NCBI GenBank assembly: GCA_965235115.1
Contig: OZ249436.1
Coordinates: forward strand, 15,626,001-15,690,000
DNA length: 64,000 nucleotides
Origin: Laetmonice hystrix
Lineage: Eukaryota
Direction: 5' to 3'
Position 1 is the first letter of the stretch. Every line of letters starts with the position of its first letter. Positions 24,039-37,030 of the stretch are shown piece after piece. The notes beneath the pieces are model-generated. The model saw nothing but the letters and a program-made list of their open reading frames with translations, did no database searches and was not told the DNA's origin. Both the position numbers and the translations under genes were made by a program.

Positions 24039-24487
24039 TGTGCAGGTCTTAACTGACAACTGCTTTAAACTGACAACAGTTGTTAGTTTAGATCTAGGTC
24101 TAAACTGACAAATAATGATCACTATAGTGCTGGAATGTTAATCACTAATATGAATAGATTCTCCATGACAGGAATGTAGCCGGCATTGCTTCTCACATCA
24201 ACCAAAAATATTGGCAGTGCACATTTTGTTGTTTTGTGTGTCGCATCTAACAAAATACTTGGAATACCTGTAAGAACAATATTATTAGAGAAAATCATAA
24301 GTGGAACCTTTATTTCTATAGTGCCTTTCACAGAGAGCAATTATCGTTAGATACTGTCATCATCTGAATCAGTTCAAATTAGTGATTACCATTTCAGCGG
24401 CTAGTAATCATTATTTGTCAGTTTAGACCAGGATCTAAACTGACAACTGTTGTCAGTTTAAACCAGTTGTCAGTTTAGACCTGCACA
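24039..24487. mobile_element. MITE with TGT...ACA ends (Ginger-like termini)
   Basis: ~85-bp imperfect TIRs starting TGTGCAGGTC and ending GACCTGCACA; CCCC on both flanks. Confidence 0.7.
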
Positions 24488-24759
24488 CCCCCCCCCCCCC
24501 ATATCTCATTCTCAGTTCTGCGTACACCGCTGCAGGGGCGGGGGGTCAGGAACCCTGGACCCCCCCCCCCCCCTCCCCCGAACACGCGCCTGCTATAGAT
24601 GGTCTCTAGATCTATATCTGGCAACCTCCACATGATAGGCCTACTACCTAGCTGCTAGCTGACAGATGGATTTAAGTGGCAGAAGTTTACAGAATAAAAT
24701 AGAAATAAAATAACAATTTCTATATTCTTTATACCCTAATCCCTCTGCATGAAATCCCA

Positions 24760-26201
24760 ACATCCTGGAAAAAGCCCCCACCACAAACTATGGGTTCTTG
24801 AAAAAACGATGCACGACTTCAATTGATCTTTGAAGGGCAAAGGAGATATTGTCAAATGAAACTTCGTATGTACTTCGTCTGCATCTTAGTAAAGTTCTAT
24901 GCAGTTATGTACATCTTGATAGCATTATCCGGCGTGAAGATGCACTTTGTATGTACCTGGCACGCTTGTTGCCCTTCATGCCTTCCGTCAGTAAGAACGA
25001 AATCCAGAAAATTACTACGAATTTCTTTAAATCCAAGATGGCCACCAAGCAGCCATTTTTAATGATATATTTGACCTGTGTCCTCCTTAGACTACCCCTG
25101 GTTATTATGTAATGTTTCATGCAAGATTAGATGTTGTTATCTTCAACTGGTTTGGAGGTACAGGCCATTAAAATATGCATGACCTTGATTGACCTTTCAA
25201 GGTCGCTCAAGGTCATGAAAAATGACGTCAAACGAACCTTCATATATGACTTCCTATCTATCAATAATAATAACTATTGCCTTATCTTGCACCGTTTTCG
25301 AGATATGATCCAAAACAGTGTTATGGGGGGGGAGTAAAATATTAATATGGCCACCATGTCGCTATATTTACTCTGATCTGGCAATACATTGGCATATACA
25401 TTGCCCCTCATATACACCTTTTTCCACCAAATTTGAAAGAAATCGGGATCGTTTTGTCTGAGTTATTGCTCAAAATGTGTTTATATCCAAGATGGCCACC
25501 ACGCGGCCATTTTGAGTGATGTCAAAAGTATCTTTCACCTGCCTCATCCGTGGACTGTCCCGGATCATTATGTAATGTTTCCTGCAAGATTATGTCGTTA
25601 TCTTTAACTGTTTTGAAGATCCAGGCTATTGAAAATATGCATGACCTTGATTGACCTTTCAAGGTTGCTCAAGGTCATCGAAAATGGCGCCAAATGAAAC
25701 GTCATATATGACTTCCTGTCTATCAATAATAGTAACTATTGCGTCATCTTGCACCGTTTTCGAGATATTATAAGCCAAAACAGTGTCATTTTGGGGGTCA
25801 AGAAACAAATATGGCCACCATGTCGCCATTTTGGATCTGAATTGAAATTTTATTGTGATGCATATTGGCCCTCTTTATGCCTCATCCCTGCACCATGTTT
25901 GAAAGAAATCGTGATTGTTTTGGCTGAGTTATTGCTCAAAATGTGTTCACATCCAAGATGGCCGCCAAGCGGCCATTTTGAATGATATCAAAAAATTGCT
26001 TGACGTGAATTATCCTCAGTTCATCCCTGATCATTGTGTGAAGTTTCAAAGAAATCGACCCATACACTTCTGAGAAATCGCTGTCTACGGACATACGGAC
26101 GGACGGACGTACGGACGTACCAATGTACGGACGGACGGAGGTCGAATTATAAGCCCCCCTGTTGTGGGGGCTAAGAATAAGCCCCCCGTTGTGGGGGCTA
26201 A
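24760..26201 (-). mobile_element. Helentron-like element D (inside C) with ~460-bp duplicated core and (ACGG)n microsatellite
   Basis: AGCCCCCAC at 24773 is complementary to GTGGGGGCT in a doubled terminal hairpin at about 26149-26201; ATCCAAGATGGC recurs at about 25031, 25486 and 25951. Left boundary approximate. Confidence 0.6.
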
Positions 26202-26613
26202 TAATAGACGTGTCTCGAATTACGATGGGGGGGGGGGGGGTCGCGGGATGCAGGGCAAGACTAAGCAAGACTAAGGCCGGTCTACATACAATTCTTGTCT
26301 CAGGAAGACAATCATATAATGATTGATGGCATCTGTCAAATATTAATGAAGCAGATTCGCGAAATTGCACAGAGAGAACGGGCAAGCTAATGCTGAAGCC
26401 GTTTGTTTGCCCGCACAACTGAAGCGAATGTACTACGAAGTTACGTCATAATCTATATTTAGCGCAACGGGCTAACCGTGACAAATGCTATTCGGCAAAC
26501 CTCGGGAGTTTCCGTGAGTTTCCGTATCATACAGTTCCAGGTGAGCCAATGGATCCCCCCACTGAGCGCGTCTCATAGCAACGACCTGAATTAGGCAGCC
26601 GCGGGCTGCATAG

Positions 26614-27372
26614 TATGGTTGGCCGATAGGGTCATACTGCCTAAACACTCGCGCGTAACGTAAATAATAACACCTTTCACGCGTAACTGAAGCAACCAAT
26701 CAAATAAGTGGAAACGCTTACGCGTAAAGAAAACAACCAATGAAAAGCCAGACTCTATTTACGCGTGAACAATTCACCAAACATAACGCGTTATTTTTGT
26801 AAACCAATGAAATCCTCTCTTACAAAGTCACCATGACTGTAACGTATGCGTAAACGCCGTCAAGCTTTTCCCCCCTGGTTAAGAGTTAAGGTTAGGTTAA
26901 GGGTTAGTTATATTTAATTTTGTAAGTCAAAACGGCAAAGTGTGAGATTTAGTACTTCCGGTGATGTCCAACCCCACCAATCCCCCATTGACTTTGGCTA
27001 GGCCCCCATCAAAAACGGTCAATAAAAAATACTAAACCACCGTAGATAAATTTAGAATCTATCCAGGCTCAATCCTACGGTTGTCCTCGATCTATAAAAG
27101 TCTAATGAATTCACATCTATTGTTTTGTCTCTTCAAGATTTACTCTAGAACTGTCAGATTACGAGCCTCCGAATTGTGGCGTCACAAAACTTTGTCAACC
27201 TCCGACGCTAACACTGCTTGGCGTAAACAATGGAGCAACTTGTTCCGTTTACGCGTGAAAATCCATCGTTCTGATTGGTTGATCCGTTTACGCGTAAAAG
27301 CTTATTCTTTATGCGTTACTATTATATTTACGCGGTAAAGCTTAGGCAGTATGACCCCAACGGCCAACCATA
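26614..27372. mobile_element. TIR element with TATGG...CCATA ends
   Basis: TATGGTTGGCCG..GGGTCATACTGCCTAA mirrored at 27342-27372; many internal TTACGCGT motifs; no 6-bp TSD visible. Confidence 0.7.
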
Positions 27373-28607
27373 GTCCTGCCGAACTCTGCCTGTGCCATGA
27401 TACTCGTGATGCCTCGTCTGCTTGTCTTTTTGTAACCTCGCCCCAATTCCAGAACTACTTAGAATCTACTGTTCACACTCGCTTGGCATTGAGCTAAATA
27501 TGTCTCTGAAGTACTCCCTAACTTTCAGGCAGAATAGTTGATAATTGTTTACTACAGAGCCTAATTGGCTCAGTGTCTGCAGTCTGTCCTTCCATGCGGA
27601 GACCCAGCGGCACGGTGACGTTACGAACTAACCAGGTTTCTAGGTCACTCATCAGTGCTCAAATTCGCTAGCACCTCTCCTCACGACCTTCTCTTATATA
27701 TAGTTTATCTCCGTGTTAATTATATATTTTGCTAATTGAAATTTAATATGTTAAAGTAGACAGTTTGAAGACCCCACCCTGTAAATATTTGAAGGCGTGG
27801 GCTTATCGTCTGTAGATGAGAAGTCTCAGAACGTTAGGAATAGATGATGTCAAAGATGACGTCATACATGACGTGAAAAGTCACGTGATATAAAAATTAT
27901 GGTACCTAATTAAAGAGAACATAATCATTTATAAGGTTCATGGCCAATTATGGCTCTATCTTAAATCCTTCACTACATACAGCGAGCATTTTACTAAACT
28001 ACAAAATTTCCAAATTTCATGGTCACGTGACACCTGTAATATGAGTCAGATCGCTTATTCCCATCGGACAGCTATGAAGGTGTCCATAGGGAACCTTCAA
28101 GTCAAATCTGGTCAAATTTCCTTTAGAATTGTTTGAGAAGAAGGGTTTCAAACGTATTTAAACCTTTGACCTAGAACTGAAAAAGGTCAAAGGTCAGAGG
28201 TCAAATGCATCATGCCAGTTATTCCCCCTTAAAAGCCTTGTAGCCTGATGTAAGTATTGTATCTCCAGCTCTTCCATAAACGATGCAATAGACACTAAAA
28301 ACACACACCTTGTAATAATTGCATGACGTATGACGTCATAACGTGACGTCACACGACGTCGTCCTTTGAGATTCGAGCTCTCCAGACCATGGTCAAGATA
28401 TATCCCAAGTTTCACGAAGATATCTCTAATAGTGACAGAGATATTCACTTTGTCTAACTACAACGAAAAGAAAAAAAAGAAGAATAGCGTAGACGAACGC
28501 CCACAACAACAAGATCCCGTTCCCTGTCGGGAAACGGGATAATAATAATAGTGTACACCCAAACCGTACAATTTCAGGATCCCGTTCCTCAGTCGGAGGA
28601 ACGGGAT

Positions 28608-29445
28608 AAAAATATGATTAAAGTAAAGAATTAATTGTATTATATCTAAAAAAAAGACATACGCAAATAAACTGTATCAATTACAGAAATTATAAAAGAG
28701 ATCTGAATCGAGAATTAAGTAGAGCTGAAAGGGAACACATACAGAATTGGGCAATAATAAATTATATTGTAAATAATTAAACTGTTGAACAATATTCTCC
28801 GGGATTCGAGAAACAAAACTCCATGGTTAGCAACAAAAAAGAAATTGCAGATGGCTTTAACAACTACTTTGCTAAAATTCCTCTAGAGCTGGATGAACAA
28901 ATTCCTTTGGAAGACACAGACCCAATATCTTATATAAGATATGACAGTTCAACCTCATTCTTTCTAGATCCAGTCACTAAATCAGAAGCTATTCAAATGT
29001 TCTCGACGTACTATAAAAACCAATAGTGCAGGTTATGATAATTTATATAGAAATATAATAAAGGATGTTTTATCTCAATTAGCTGAACCAATTACGCATA
29101 TAATAAATGTATCCTTTCAAACAGGGGAAGTTCCTGAACAAATAAAATCAGCTGTAATTAAGCTAATCTATAAATCAGTTAACAATTTAAAAATTGAGTT
29201 TAAAAATTACAGACCAATATCAATTTTACCCTTATTTTCTAAAATATTAAAAAAGGCATATGTAAATAGGCTTGATAAATACATGACGCGATGTTATATA
29301 TTGGATATACTCCAGTTCGGGGTCCGAAAATTTCACTCCACAGATTTAGATCTTGCCGCATTCGATACATTAAATATTCAAATATTAAGTGGAAAACTAC
29401 GGAAATATAGTATTAGGGGAATACTTAATTTATGGATAAGAAAAT
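28608..29445 (+). pseudogene. CR1/L2-clade LINE ORF2 remnant, part 2 (N-terminal RT), with stops and frameshifts
   Basis: IADGFNNYF, SAGYDN, LAEPITHIINVSFQTGEVP, KNYRPISILPLFSKIL, QFGVRKFHST, AAFDTL motifs. Confidence 0.85.
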
Positions 29446-29622
29446 CTGAACACTCAGTTTATGGCCTGATCGGCTTTGATGTAGGCCGCACTATGGACCC
29501 GCTACGACCACACTGCTCTTTGTCGGTGGATGTAATCCCTCACTGTAAATGTAAACAGAACCACAAGAACCGTAAGTCCAGGGATATGCAGCAGGATATG
29601 CATAGCGACAGTGCTTAGGGTC

Positions 29623-29655
<33 letters not shown>

Positions 29656-29865
29656 TCTTCGAGCAAAAACGATATATATAGGCTATAGGGGCCTACCTGA
29701 GGTTTTACGCCTCAGCAACAACCAGGCTAATTTCAAGACGGCCATAGAAAACAGGAGTAGGCCTAGCGGAGAAAATCACCGACTTTGCAGAAGGCCTGTG
29801 ATGGGACCTCTAACTTTGAATGATTTATTGGAACTCTGATTCGTCCGGCTCAAGTCAGGGAATGC

Positions 29866-30480
29866 AATGTCCCCCCAAGGGGGGAAATGGGATTTTGAAA
29901 TTACTATAGGTGTCGTCTACACTATTCTTCATCTTATGATTATTCCTGTAGTTAGACTATAGCTATGTCTCGGTTATCTCTGAAGGTGTTGTAATGAAAC
30001 TTGCAGGGAATAGGCCTATTGATCTGGGACTAACCTAATCAGCTATTGACTGATTACGTCATATGACGTCACGTCACTGATTTATGACGTTAAAGTCTCT
30101 CAGAGGAGGGCACATTTCTTGAATTTTTAGAAGAGTAGGAATAAGAGCCACGGCAGTTTCTAATTAGGTACTTTGGGCTAAATCACCATGTACCTGAATT
30201 TATCCTCTGACCTTTGACCTTTTGGAAATAAAAGGTCAAAGATGGTAAATAGCTTAAATTGCATTTCGTTACTTGATATTTTGAAATACGTGTATCTAGC
30301 CAAGGTATGCAAGAAGAGTCTCATCAGGTGGCTCTTTATAGGAACGATTTGAAACTAGGAATTTGATCTATATTATGGGAGTCACGTGACTTTGAAATTT
30401 GTCACTTTTGAAACATTTTGCTAAAAATTTTCAGTGGACTGTCGTAGGCCTAGTGAGGCCTTCTGTTAACTGTGGATAGG
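29866..30480 (+). mobile_element. Truncated Helentron-like element related to A-C, in the opposite orientation
   Basis: Palindrome ..CCCCCAAGGGGGGAAATGGGATTTTGAAA, then GTAGTTAGAC, TGACCTTTGACCTTT and GAGTCACGTGACTTTGAA, the reverse complements of motifs in A-C. Confidence 0.55.
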
Positions 30481-33400
30481 AAATCATGCCCCTCATACTG
30501 CATTCATTGTATCGGTGTAGAGTACTAATTGTGTATACTTTTACGGGATGAACATTAAGAGTGATGAACTTTCGATTTCTAAACAAAATGAAACAAAAAA
30601 TCAGGCAAACATTCCTTCTCGTTCTGGATCAAGAGGCCCACCTGAGTTAGTGTCGTCCTCTCTAAGTAGAGGTCGCTGTCGTACCTGAGCAGAAATGCAC
30701 GTGTTTCTACGACCGACTACCCTGCCACCTGCTGGATTTGATTCATGACATCACGTCAGTAGTCTTGCTAACTTGGTGGCATCGTTTAAAGTACCTTTAC
30801 AGGTTTTTTGTTTGTTTAACCACCATACTATACTAACCACCAACTTCACTGGTTTTATTATGCCTTTTTATCTTGGACCGACTACCCTGCTGGATTTGAT
30901 CCACGTCAGTAGTCTTGTTAACTTGGTGTATCGTTTAATCTTTACAGTTTTTTTTGAACAGTTGGAACAGTTGGCTGAATCACAGGGCACTCAAATTGAA
31001 GTAGAGAAATTGGGATCCTACCTGTATTGCTTGACGATCAGAGTTTCCAGTTTATCCTGAATTAGCATGTTAGCATAAAATATTAGCATATTGTGATTTA
31101 ATGGCCCTTGTTCAAAACTATGCAGGATGTGTTTTCTCATCCCTGCAAGTCACAACATTTTTGCATAACGTATAAATTATCAATGACAAAAGTAAATAAT
31201 TTAAAATGCGGTAAAATGAGAAACCCCTTTATTTTGATTCATGTGTGGAGGTACTTAGCCCTGCACCATCAATAAATGAGCTACCGGTAATTGCGAAGAA
31301 TGCATAATTATGATTTCCGAATTAGTAACCGTGCGAAAGTCAAACCGGGAAGAAGAAACTGACAATTTACATTTACATATTTCGTGTTGATGTCTCATTA
31401 AAGATATTAATAGATCAATATACGTCTACATAATCTGTATGAGTAATGCGGTGTCATATATCCTTGTTGGGGTTCTCCCTGCATGCCCGCCTCATATGTA
31501 ATCAACATTGTGTGGTCACGTATAATATTTAAAGCCCAATCGTTAAAAATAATTGGTTGCTCTGGTATTGTTAGCCCTCGTTTCTTTTGATAATTGGAAT
31601 TCAGAATACGACCCCTACGTCCTAAAAGGATGGGCGCCAATGTTATGCCCATATGACCCCTGATATTCGCATCCGTCGGTCGGCCACCGACAAATTGGAT
31701 TGATGTCCTGATACCTGAACGTCATCCGGTATCCCGAACAGGGTCGGCCTGTTCTAGGGCAGGTCCTGGATAATTATCCAATGTGGAACAATCAATATTC
31801 GGACAAAGTGTAGTCTATTGTAATTCAAAGCTTGCTGAACTCCCTTTAACATTAACTGTAGGCTAGGGGGGGGGGGCTATCATTTTACTTTCTGTTTTAA
31901 ATCGGAAATGTATAACCTCATACGTGACAATCTTATGGAGATGCCATAGCTCTAGACAACGTTTAAACAGCCACGAGCAGAATTTGGTTGAGACCAAGGC
32001 TTTGTGTCCATACAATATATAATAATCTATTATAATGGCTGCCGCACTTTCACTGTCCTGATTGGTCAGCTCTCTACGGCCTTCCGCCTCATGGCATGCG
32101 GAACTAGTCAGTCACTGCCCTTAAAGAGGCAGGTAAAATTCCTCATTAACGTACCTTTGAACACCAGTAACACCATGTGAAGTGTCTAAGGTGGCGCCGA
32201 TAAGTGGATCACTGTCTAAGGCGGCTAAAAATACCGTCTGGGTCATTCGCTATTTTCACACGCTACGCCGCCACTGGCTTCATCGGACACTCACTCACTC
32301 ACTACGACTGCACTACTGACTGTGTACTCATTACCGGTGACAGCAGACACCTTTTTCTCTCTCTCTTCACACCCTTATTGGGGCATGTTAACAAATACAG
32401 AGTTTGTGTGCGGCTAGCGTTTGCAACCCTCTCTGAAATCGTCAATGAATCTGCCGCCATCATGGGCATGTTTCTGGTAAAAGTGGAATCGCAGTGGGAC
32501 GGGAATAGCGGCACCCTGGCTGGGAATCTGCGTGGTTCGTTCCGCCTGGCGGCCACATAACAATTCGTGGACAAGTAGTGCAGACAAGCAGACGAAGCCA
32601 GCGGGAGAATGCCTAGCTATATTTCAGTTGATTATTCCTTTATTAAAGATCAGACCATCACAGGATTGTAGGTAGGAACAAGCTTGTTCATGCTGAACAC
32701 CCTTATATTGATAGTTTGAACTTTTCTATGGCCTTTAACTGCCCACCGTTAGTCATGTATACGTGGGGTGGGAGGGCGGAACGAGTTTCGGCACGTCTGT
32801 CGGCCTTCGTGGTGGAAGCGGCCTCAGCCCTGGTAGCTGCACACTAGTGCCGATAGGTGGCAGTACGATTGCTTCATGTTTTCAATTACTGCATAATTTA
32901 ACAATTATGTCCGATTGGTTTACTTAACTATCCACTTCTTTGCATTCCTTTCCATAGGACGGAAAATAAACACAGAATAAACTCGAGTTAAAAAGGAGGA
33001 AAGCTGAAGAAAAAGCACGTTGCAACCGCAGGTTAAAAGGATTTTCGGCAGGAGCACTGGAATTTCTATTTCATAATCCCGTCGCTAAGATCAAGAGTTT
33101 AACTAGGCCAAGTTCCTATCAACCTGAAACTCTACTTCCTCTCTTCATGATCACAACACATCGGACCAGACGCCTCAACCTCATCAATTGATACCTCCGC
33201 CGTCCCATCTTCCGCGTTTACTTCATTAATTTTTGTTGACATCTTTGCCACCCCCAAAGTTTCCACTTACATTTATTATTTGAATCTTTTTACATTTAAA
33301 GTCATATTAAAGACTGGAAATCCATAACATTTCACCTTTTTCCTCTTCAAGGACATACTATAAATCCTAGAAACATGATATTGTAGTTCCAATAGAGTGC

Positions 33401-34236
33401 AGCGTGGGATCACTGTCAAGGAAAAATAACAACTTGCTAATGCTAGTTACCATTATTGTAAATTAAAAGCCATATTGTAGTGACCCAAGACAATGCAGGC
33501 AGTGTAACAACCCACTTTGAAAAAATTACGCACTTTAAAAAAATTTGTTTAAAGTGGGTTAAGATTTGGGTCCCCCTCAACGCACTTCGATTTTTTTCAA
33601 AGGGTGTTAAATTAGGGACCAGCTCAATGCACTTTTAAACATTCTTCATAGTGCGTTAATGAGGTACATCAATTTGAGCTGGGTTATGCATTCATTCGTG
33701 GGATTACTAAGTTTTTGAGTTGAAACTTGGCAGGGATTAGCACCATTTGATGCAAGGAAAAAATATAAGGACTGAGAAAAACCTCAAAATTATCTAATCA
33801 GAATGTCTAATAACGTGTTGCTATGTTTTGTAGGCTAGCTGGCCTCTAAGGCTAAAGTTTCTCATTAGTCGACGAGGCTTATCGCTATGGAGGGATGCTG
33901 ATTTCCCCACTTATACCAAATGACCCGGTATGCCACACAACCTGCTTTATTGGCCGAGAAACAAAGTGACCACAAGAAAACACGCCTTTGCTATTATGTG
34001 GAACATAGGATACTGCCCTCCGACCGATTAGCACCTGCACGTTTGTTAGTGTTTGCAGGTCTCCGCGCCATCGACCGACGTGCTGCACCACTCGGCAGCG
34101 TCTCGTTAAAAAGACGCTGATGACGTGCGCTGTTTTAACAATGACGTCGCCGTAACGTTACACCGCCATGCTATCATCAAGGCCCGATATGATACGTCTA
34201 CAGTATACCCTTGGTCAGCTCTTTACCTGCATCTTC

Positions 34237-34396
34237 CAGTGGTGTAGGAAGGAAACAAATATTGGGGGGGGGGGGGGCAGAATTGATGTCACAATGACTT
34301 ACGCCTATGGCTCTGCATTGAGCCTGCGGTCATTTTATAAATATTGGGCGGGGGGGGGGCAGCAGCCCCCTCTGCCCCCAGCTTCCTACGCCACTG
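34237..34396. mobile_element. CAGTGG...CCACTG MITE with 5-bp TSD
   Basis: CAGTGGTGTAGGAAG / CTTCCTACGCCACTG; TCTTC on both flanks. Confidence 0.8.
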
Positions 34397-35549
34397 TCTT
34401 CTAACTCGGTTATTGGTTGTCAGCGACTCGTGTTTCTCTTTTAAGCAAAACCCAAATGGCGGTGAAGCAAAAGTGTGTTTTAAAGCCCCCCCCCCTCGGT
34501 TTACGTGAAAATAAAAACAGGCCATGTCTCGCGAACATTCTCGAATGGATCAAGGTCATCATAATGTCTCGCGAACATTCTTTAATGGATCAAGTTAAAT
34601 GAAAGAATGTCTTTGCTCTTCGTATGGTTGGCCTACCTATATGCAGGCAAAGTCTAGATCAGTTAGTTCGTGCCAGACTCAACATTACGACGGAGGCAAG
34701 GCTGCACAGCCCCAACAACTAACTAAGTCAGGATTGGATTCAACCACGTGCCACTACGTTTGGAATTGGCGTGGGGAAAGGACTGGTTCAAATAGAATAT
34801 GAGAAAAGGAATCGGGCCGAGAGTTGGATGGCATTCCCCTTGAGGTGATAGATTAGCGCACATCAAAGTGTCGAGAAAACAAAATTACCAGACATGATTT
34901 GTATTACTAAAGATTTCCGTGATATTGGCGTGCGTAGCATTGCCCCGGACGCCCTTGCTCGGCACCACCAGAATCACGTGAACACGATTCTCCATTGCCC
35001 AATATCTATTCCTTAATCCCGTTACTTGCCAAGATCGGGCACAGACCATAGAGGGATCTGCAATGCTAACCAACTGAGCCCACAGGTTGGACGTTTGCTC
35101 ACTACCACTAATTCAGTTCTTTTCTTTGTACAGACGGTGCCTAATAGAGATATTGTCTTGCTGAGTTGATCGGCCCGTGCTGTGCTGATTGGGGGTTACA
35201 GATGCCTGAACATTCTGACTTGAACTGCACGGCCCCATTTCTTCTGGTTACATTTTGGCATCTCTCTAGATCCACGACACTGTGGCCACTACCTCTGATT
35301 CATTCTGAACTGGGCATTGTAAAAGGGCATTGACATGTAAATGTGACATGGACATGAATAGTAGAGACAACCTTACTCACCTCATCAACTAGACTAATTA
35401 GGCCGAATGCTGTGTACTGTGTGCTGGGAAAACTTATATTTTCCTGCGCACATTGCCTTGACTGGATTTGACTGCTGGAAACCGACCCTAGTTAGGGACA
35501 TTCTCAGCAGGCCTGGTGCCATCTATGACCTGACTACCTGGTGAACTAA

Positions 35550-36113
35550 TGCCCCAGTCCCATATACGCACGGATGGACACGGCAGTCCCGGAAAGTGCC
35601 GGATCCCGCCGGATCAACATCCGGCACGATCCGTGCTCTTTTTGGGGGTTTTGAGCGGTGGCAACACGGCAGCTACACGGACGAACCCGTACAAACACGG
35701 ACAAACACGGCAGCAATCAACACGGCGCCCACACGGATGACCAAGGACCGCCCCGGACATTCACGGCAGAGCGACGGACTAACACGGACCAACACGGCAG
35801 AGACACGGACAGCCCAGGATAAACACGGACTAACACGGCGTGTACACGAACCATCCCGGACCTACACGGCAGCGACACGGACCAACACGGTCCACCCCGG
35901 ATGTTGCCATCTCCCCGGACCGTCACGGAAGAACACGACAGTTTTGAACTTCCCAAAACTGCCGTGTTGGCCTCCCGGAGCTCCAAGGACATTCCCGGAC
36001 GTCCTAGGACCAACAGGGATCGCCGCGGAGCTACACGGCGGCTACACGGTTCACACGCCGGATCGTGCCGGATGTGATCCGTGTTGATCCGGCACCTATA
36101 TGGGACTGGGGCT
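35550..36113. mobile_element. PIF/Harbinger-like MITE
   Basis: GCCCCAGTCCCATATA / TATATGGGACTGGGGC TIRs, TAA/TTA flanks, internal CACGG repeats. Confidence 0.75.
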
Positions 36114-36124
36114 TTAGGCCTACC

Positions 36125-36673
36125 CGGCCCCGGATCGCGCGCCGGGTCTTGCTGGATCGGGGCTACGGGCGCATCCGGCATGATCCGGGATGTTCCGTAG
36201 CTACCCGTGGCAACCCGTACCGATCCGTAGCGGCCTTTCGATCCGTGGACAAGTTTCAAAACTTTTTCGATTTCAACCACGGATAAAAACCCCGTAGCGG
36301 ACCCGTAGCAACCCGTACCAATACTTGGTGTGACCCGTTCCTATACGAACCCATACGTCATCACGGCTTACTAGGGAAGCGCTAAGGGTCCACTAAGGGT
36401 TGCTACGTATCGTCTACGGGTTGATACGTGTCATCTATGGGTTGCTACGGGTCCGCTACGGGGTTTTTATCCGTGGTAGAAATCGAAAAAATTTTGAACA
36501 TGTTCAAAACTTTTCCACCGATCGAAAGGCCGCTACGGATCGATGTGGGTTGCCACGGGTAGCTACGGAACATCCCGGATCACGCCGGATCGGACCACGG
36601 ATCATGCCGGATGCGTCCGTAGCCCCGATCCGGCAAGACCCGGCGCGCGATCCGGGAAAGTGTGACGGGGGCT
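36125..36673. mobile_element. Long palindromic Harbinger-like MITE missing its left tip
   Basis: Arms at about 36129-36320 and 36440-36655 are inverted complements; right end AGTGTGACGGGGGCT|TTA has no left counterpart. Confidence 0.75.
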
Positions 36674-37030
36674 TTATACGTTAACCAGGTGGACCCGCCC
36701 GCCATGCACCCGGCCTTCCCAATGGACTGTTTTGGCCAGGATATTACCCCTAAAAGTCTAAAACCCTGTTTCTTCTATAGCTGTTATGCAGGTGTCATTA
36801 TTCTACAGAAAAGCTTCAAAATAGTTTAGTTTGCCTAGGCTACATAAAACAGCTCAACTCTCCAGAAGCAGACGCGCAACATCTGTTTGGGAGGTATTGC
36901 AATGGATCTCGTTCCGACGCTCGATCTGGTGGCCTATACTAATCCTAGATCTCCCTCTCAGACAGCGTATTAAGGGCATTCCTCTTTTTTAGTCGAGTCG
37001 GGTTTGAAAGGCGTATCGGATCGTCGTTTA

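Larger units (their letters stand above)
23428..28540 (-). mobile_element. Helentron-like element C with nested insertions
   Basis: AA|CTAG, hairpin GTGTTGC/GCAACAC, subTIR ATCCCGTTTCC (23458-23468) complementary to GGAAACGGGAT (28530-28540). Confidence 0.8.
18946..28607 (-). mobile_element. Helentron-like non-autonomous element A (outer), hosting nested elements
   Basis: On +: AA|CTAG, hairpin GATTGC/GCAATC and subTIR ATCCCGTTCCTC (18975-18986); at the far end, palindrome ATCCCGTTCCTC-AGTCG-GAGGAACGGGAT|AA (28579-28607). Confidence 0.8.

Noticed and set aside
32020..33450. Possible unrecognised gene or element (acceptor-like site near 32957, repeated GGATCACTGTC)
   Set aside because: No coherent reading frame, termini or TSD could be established.
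35549..36684. Overlapping ORFs up to 187 aa
   Set aside because: GC-rich palindromic MITE sequence with no protein motif.
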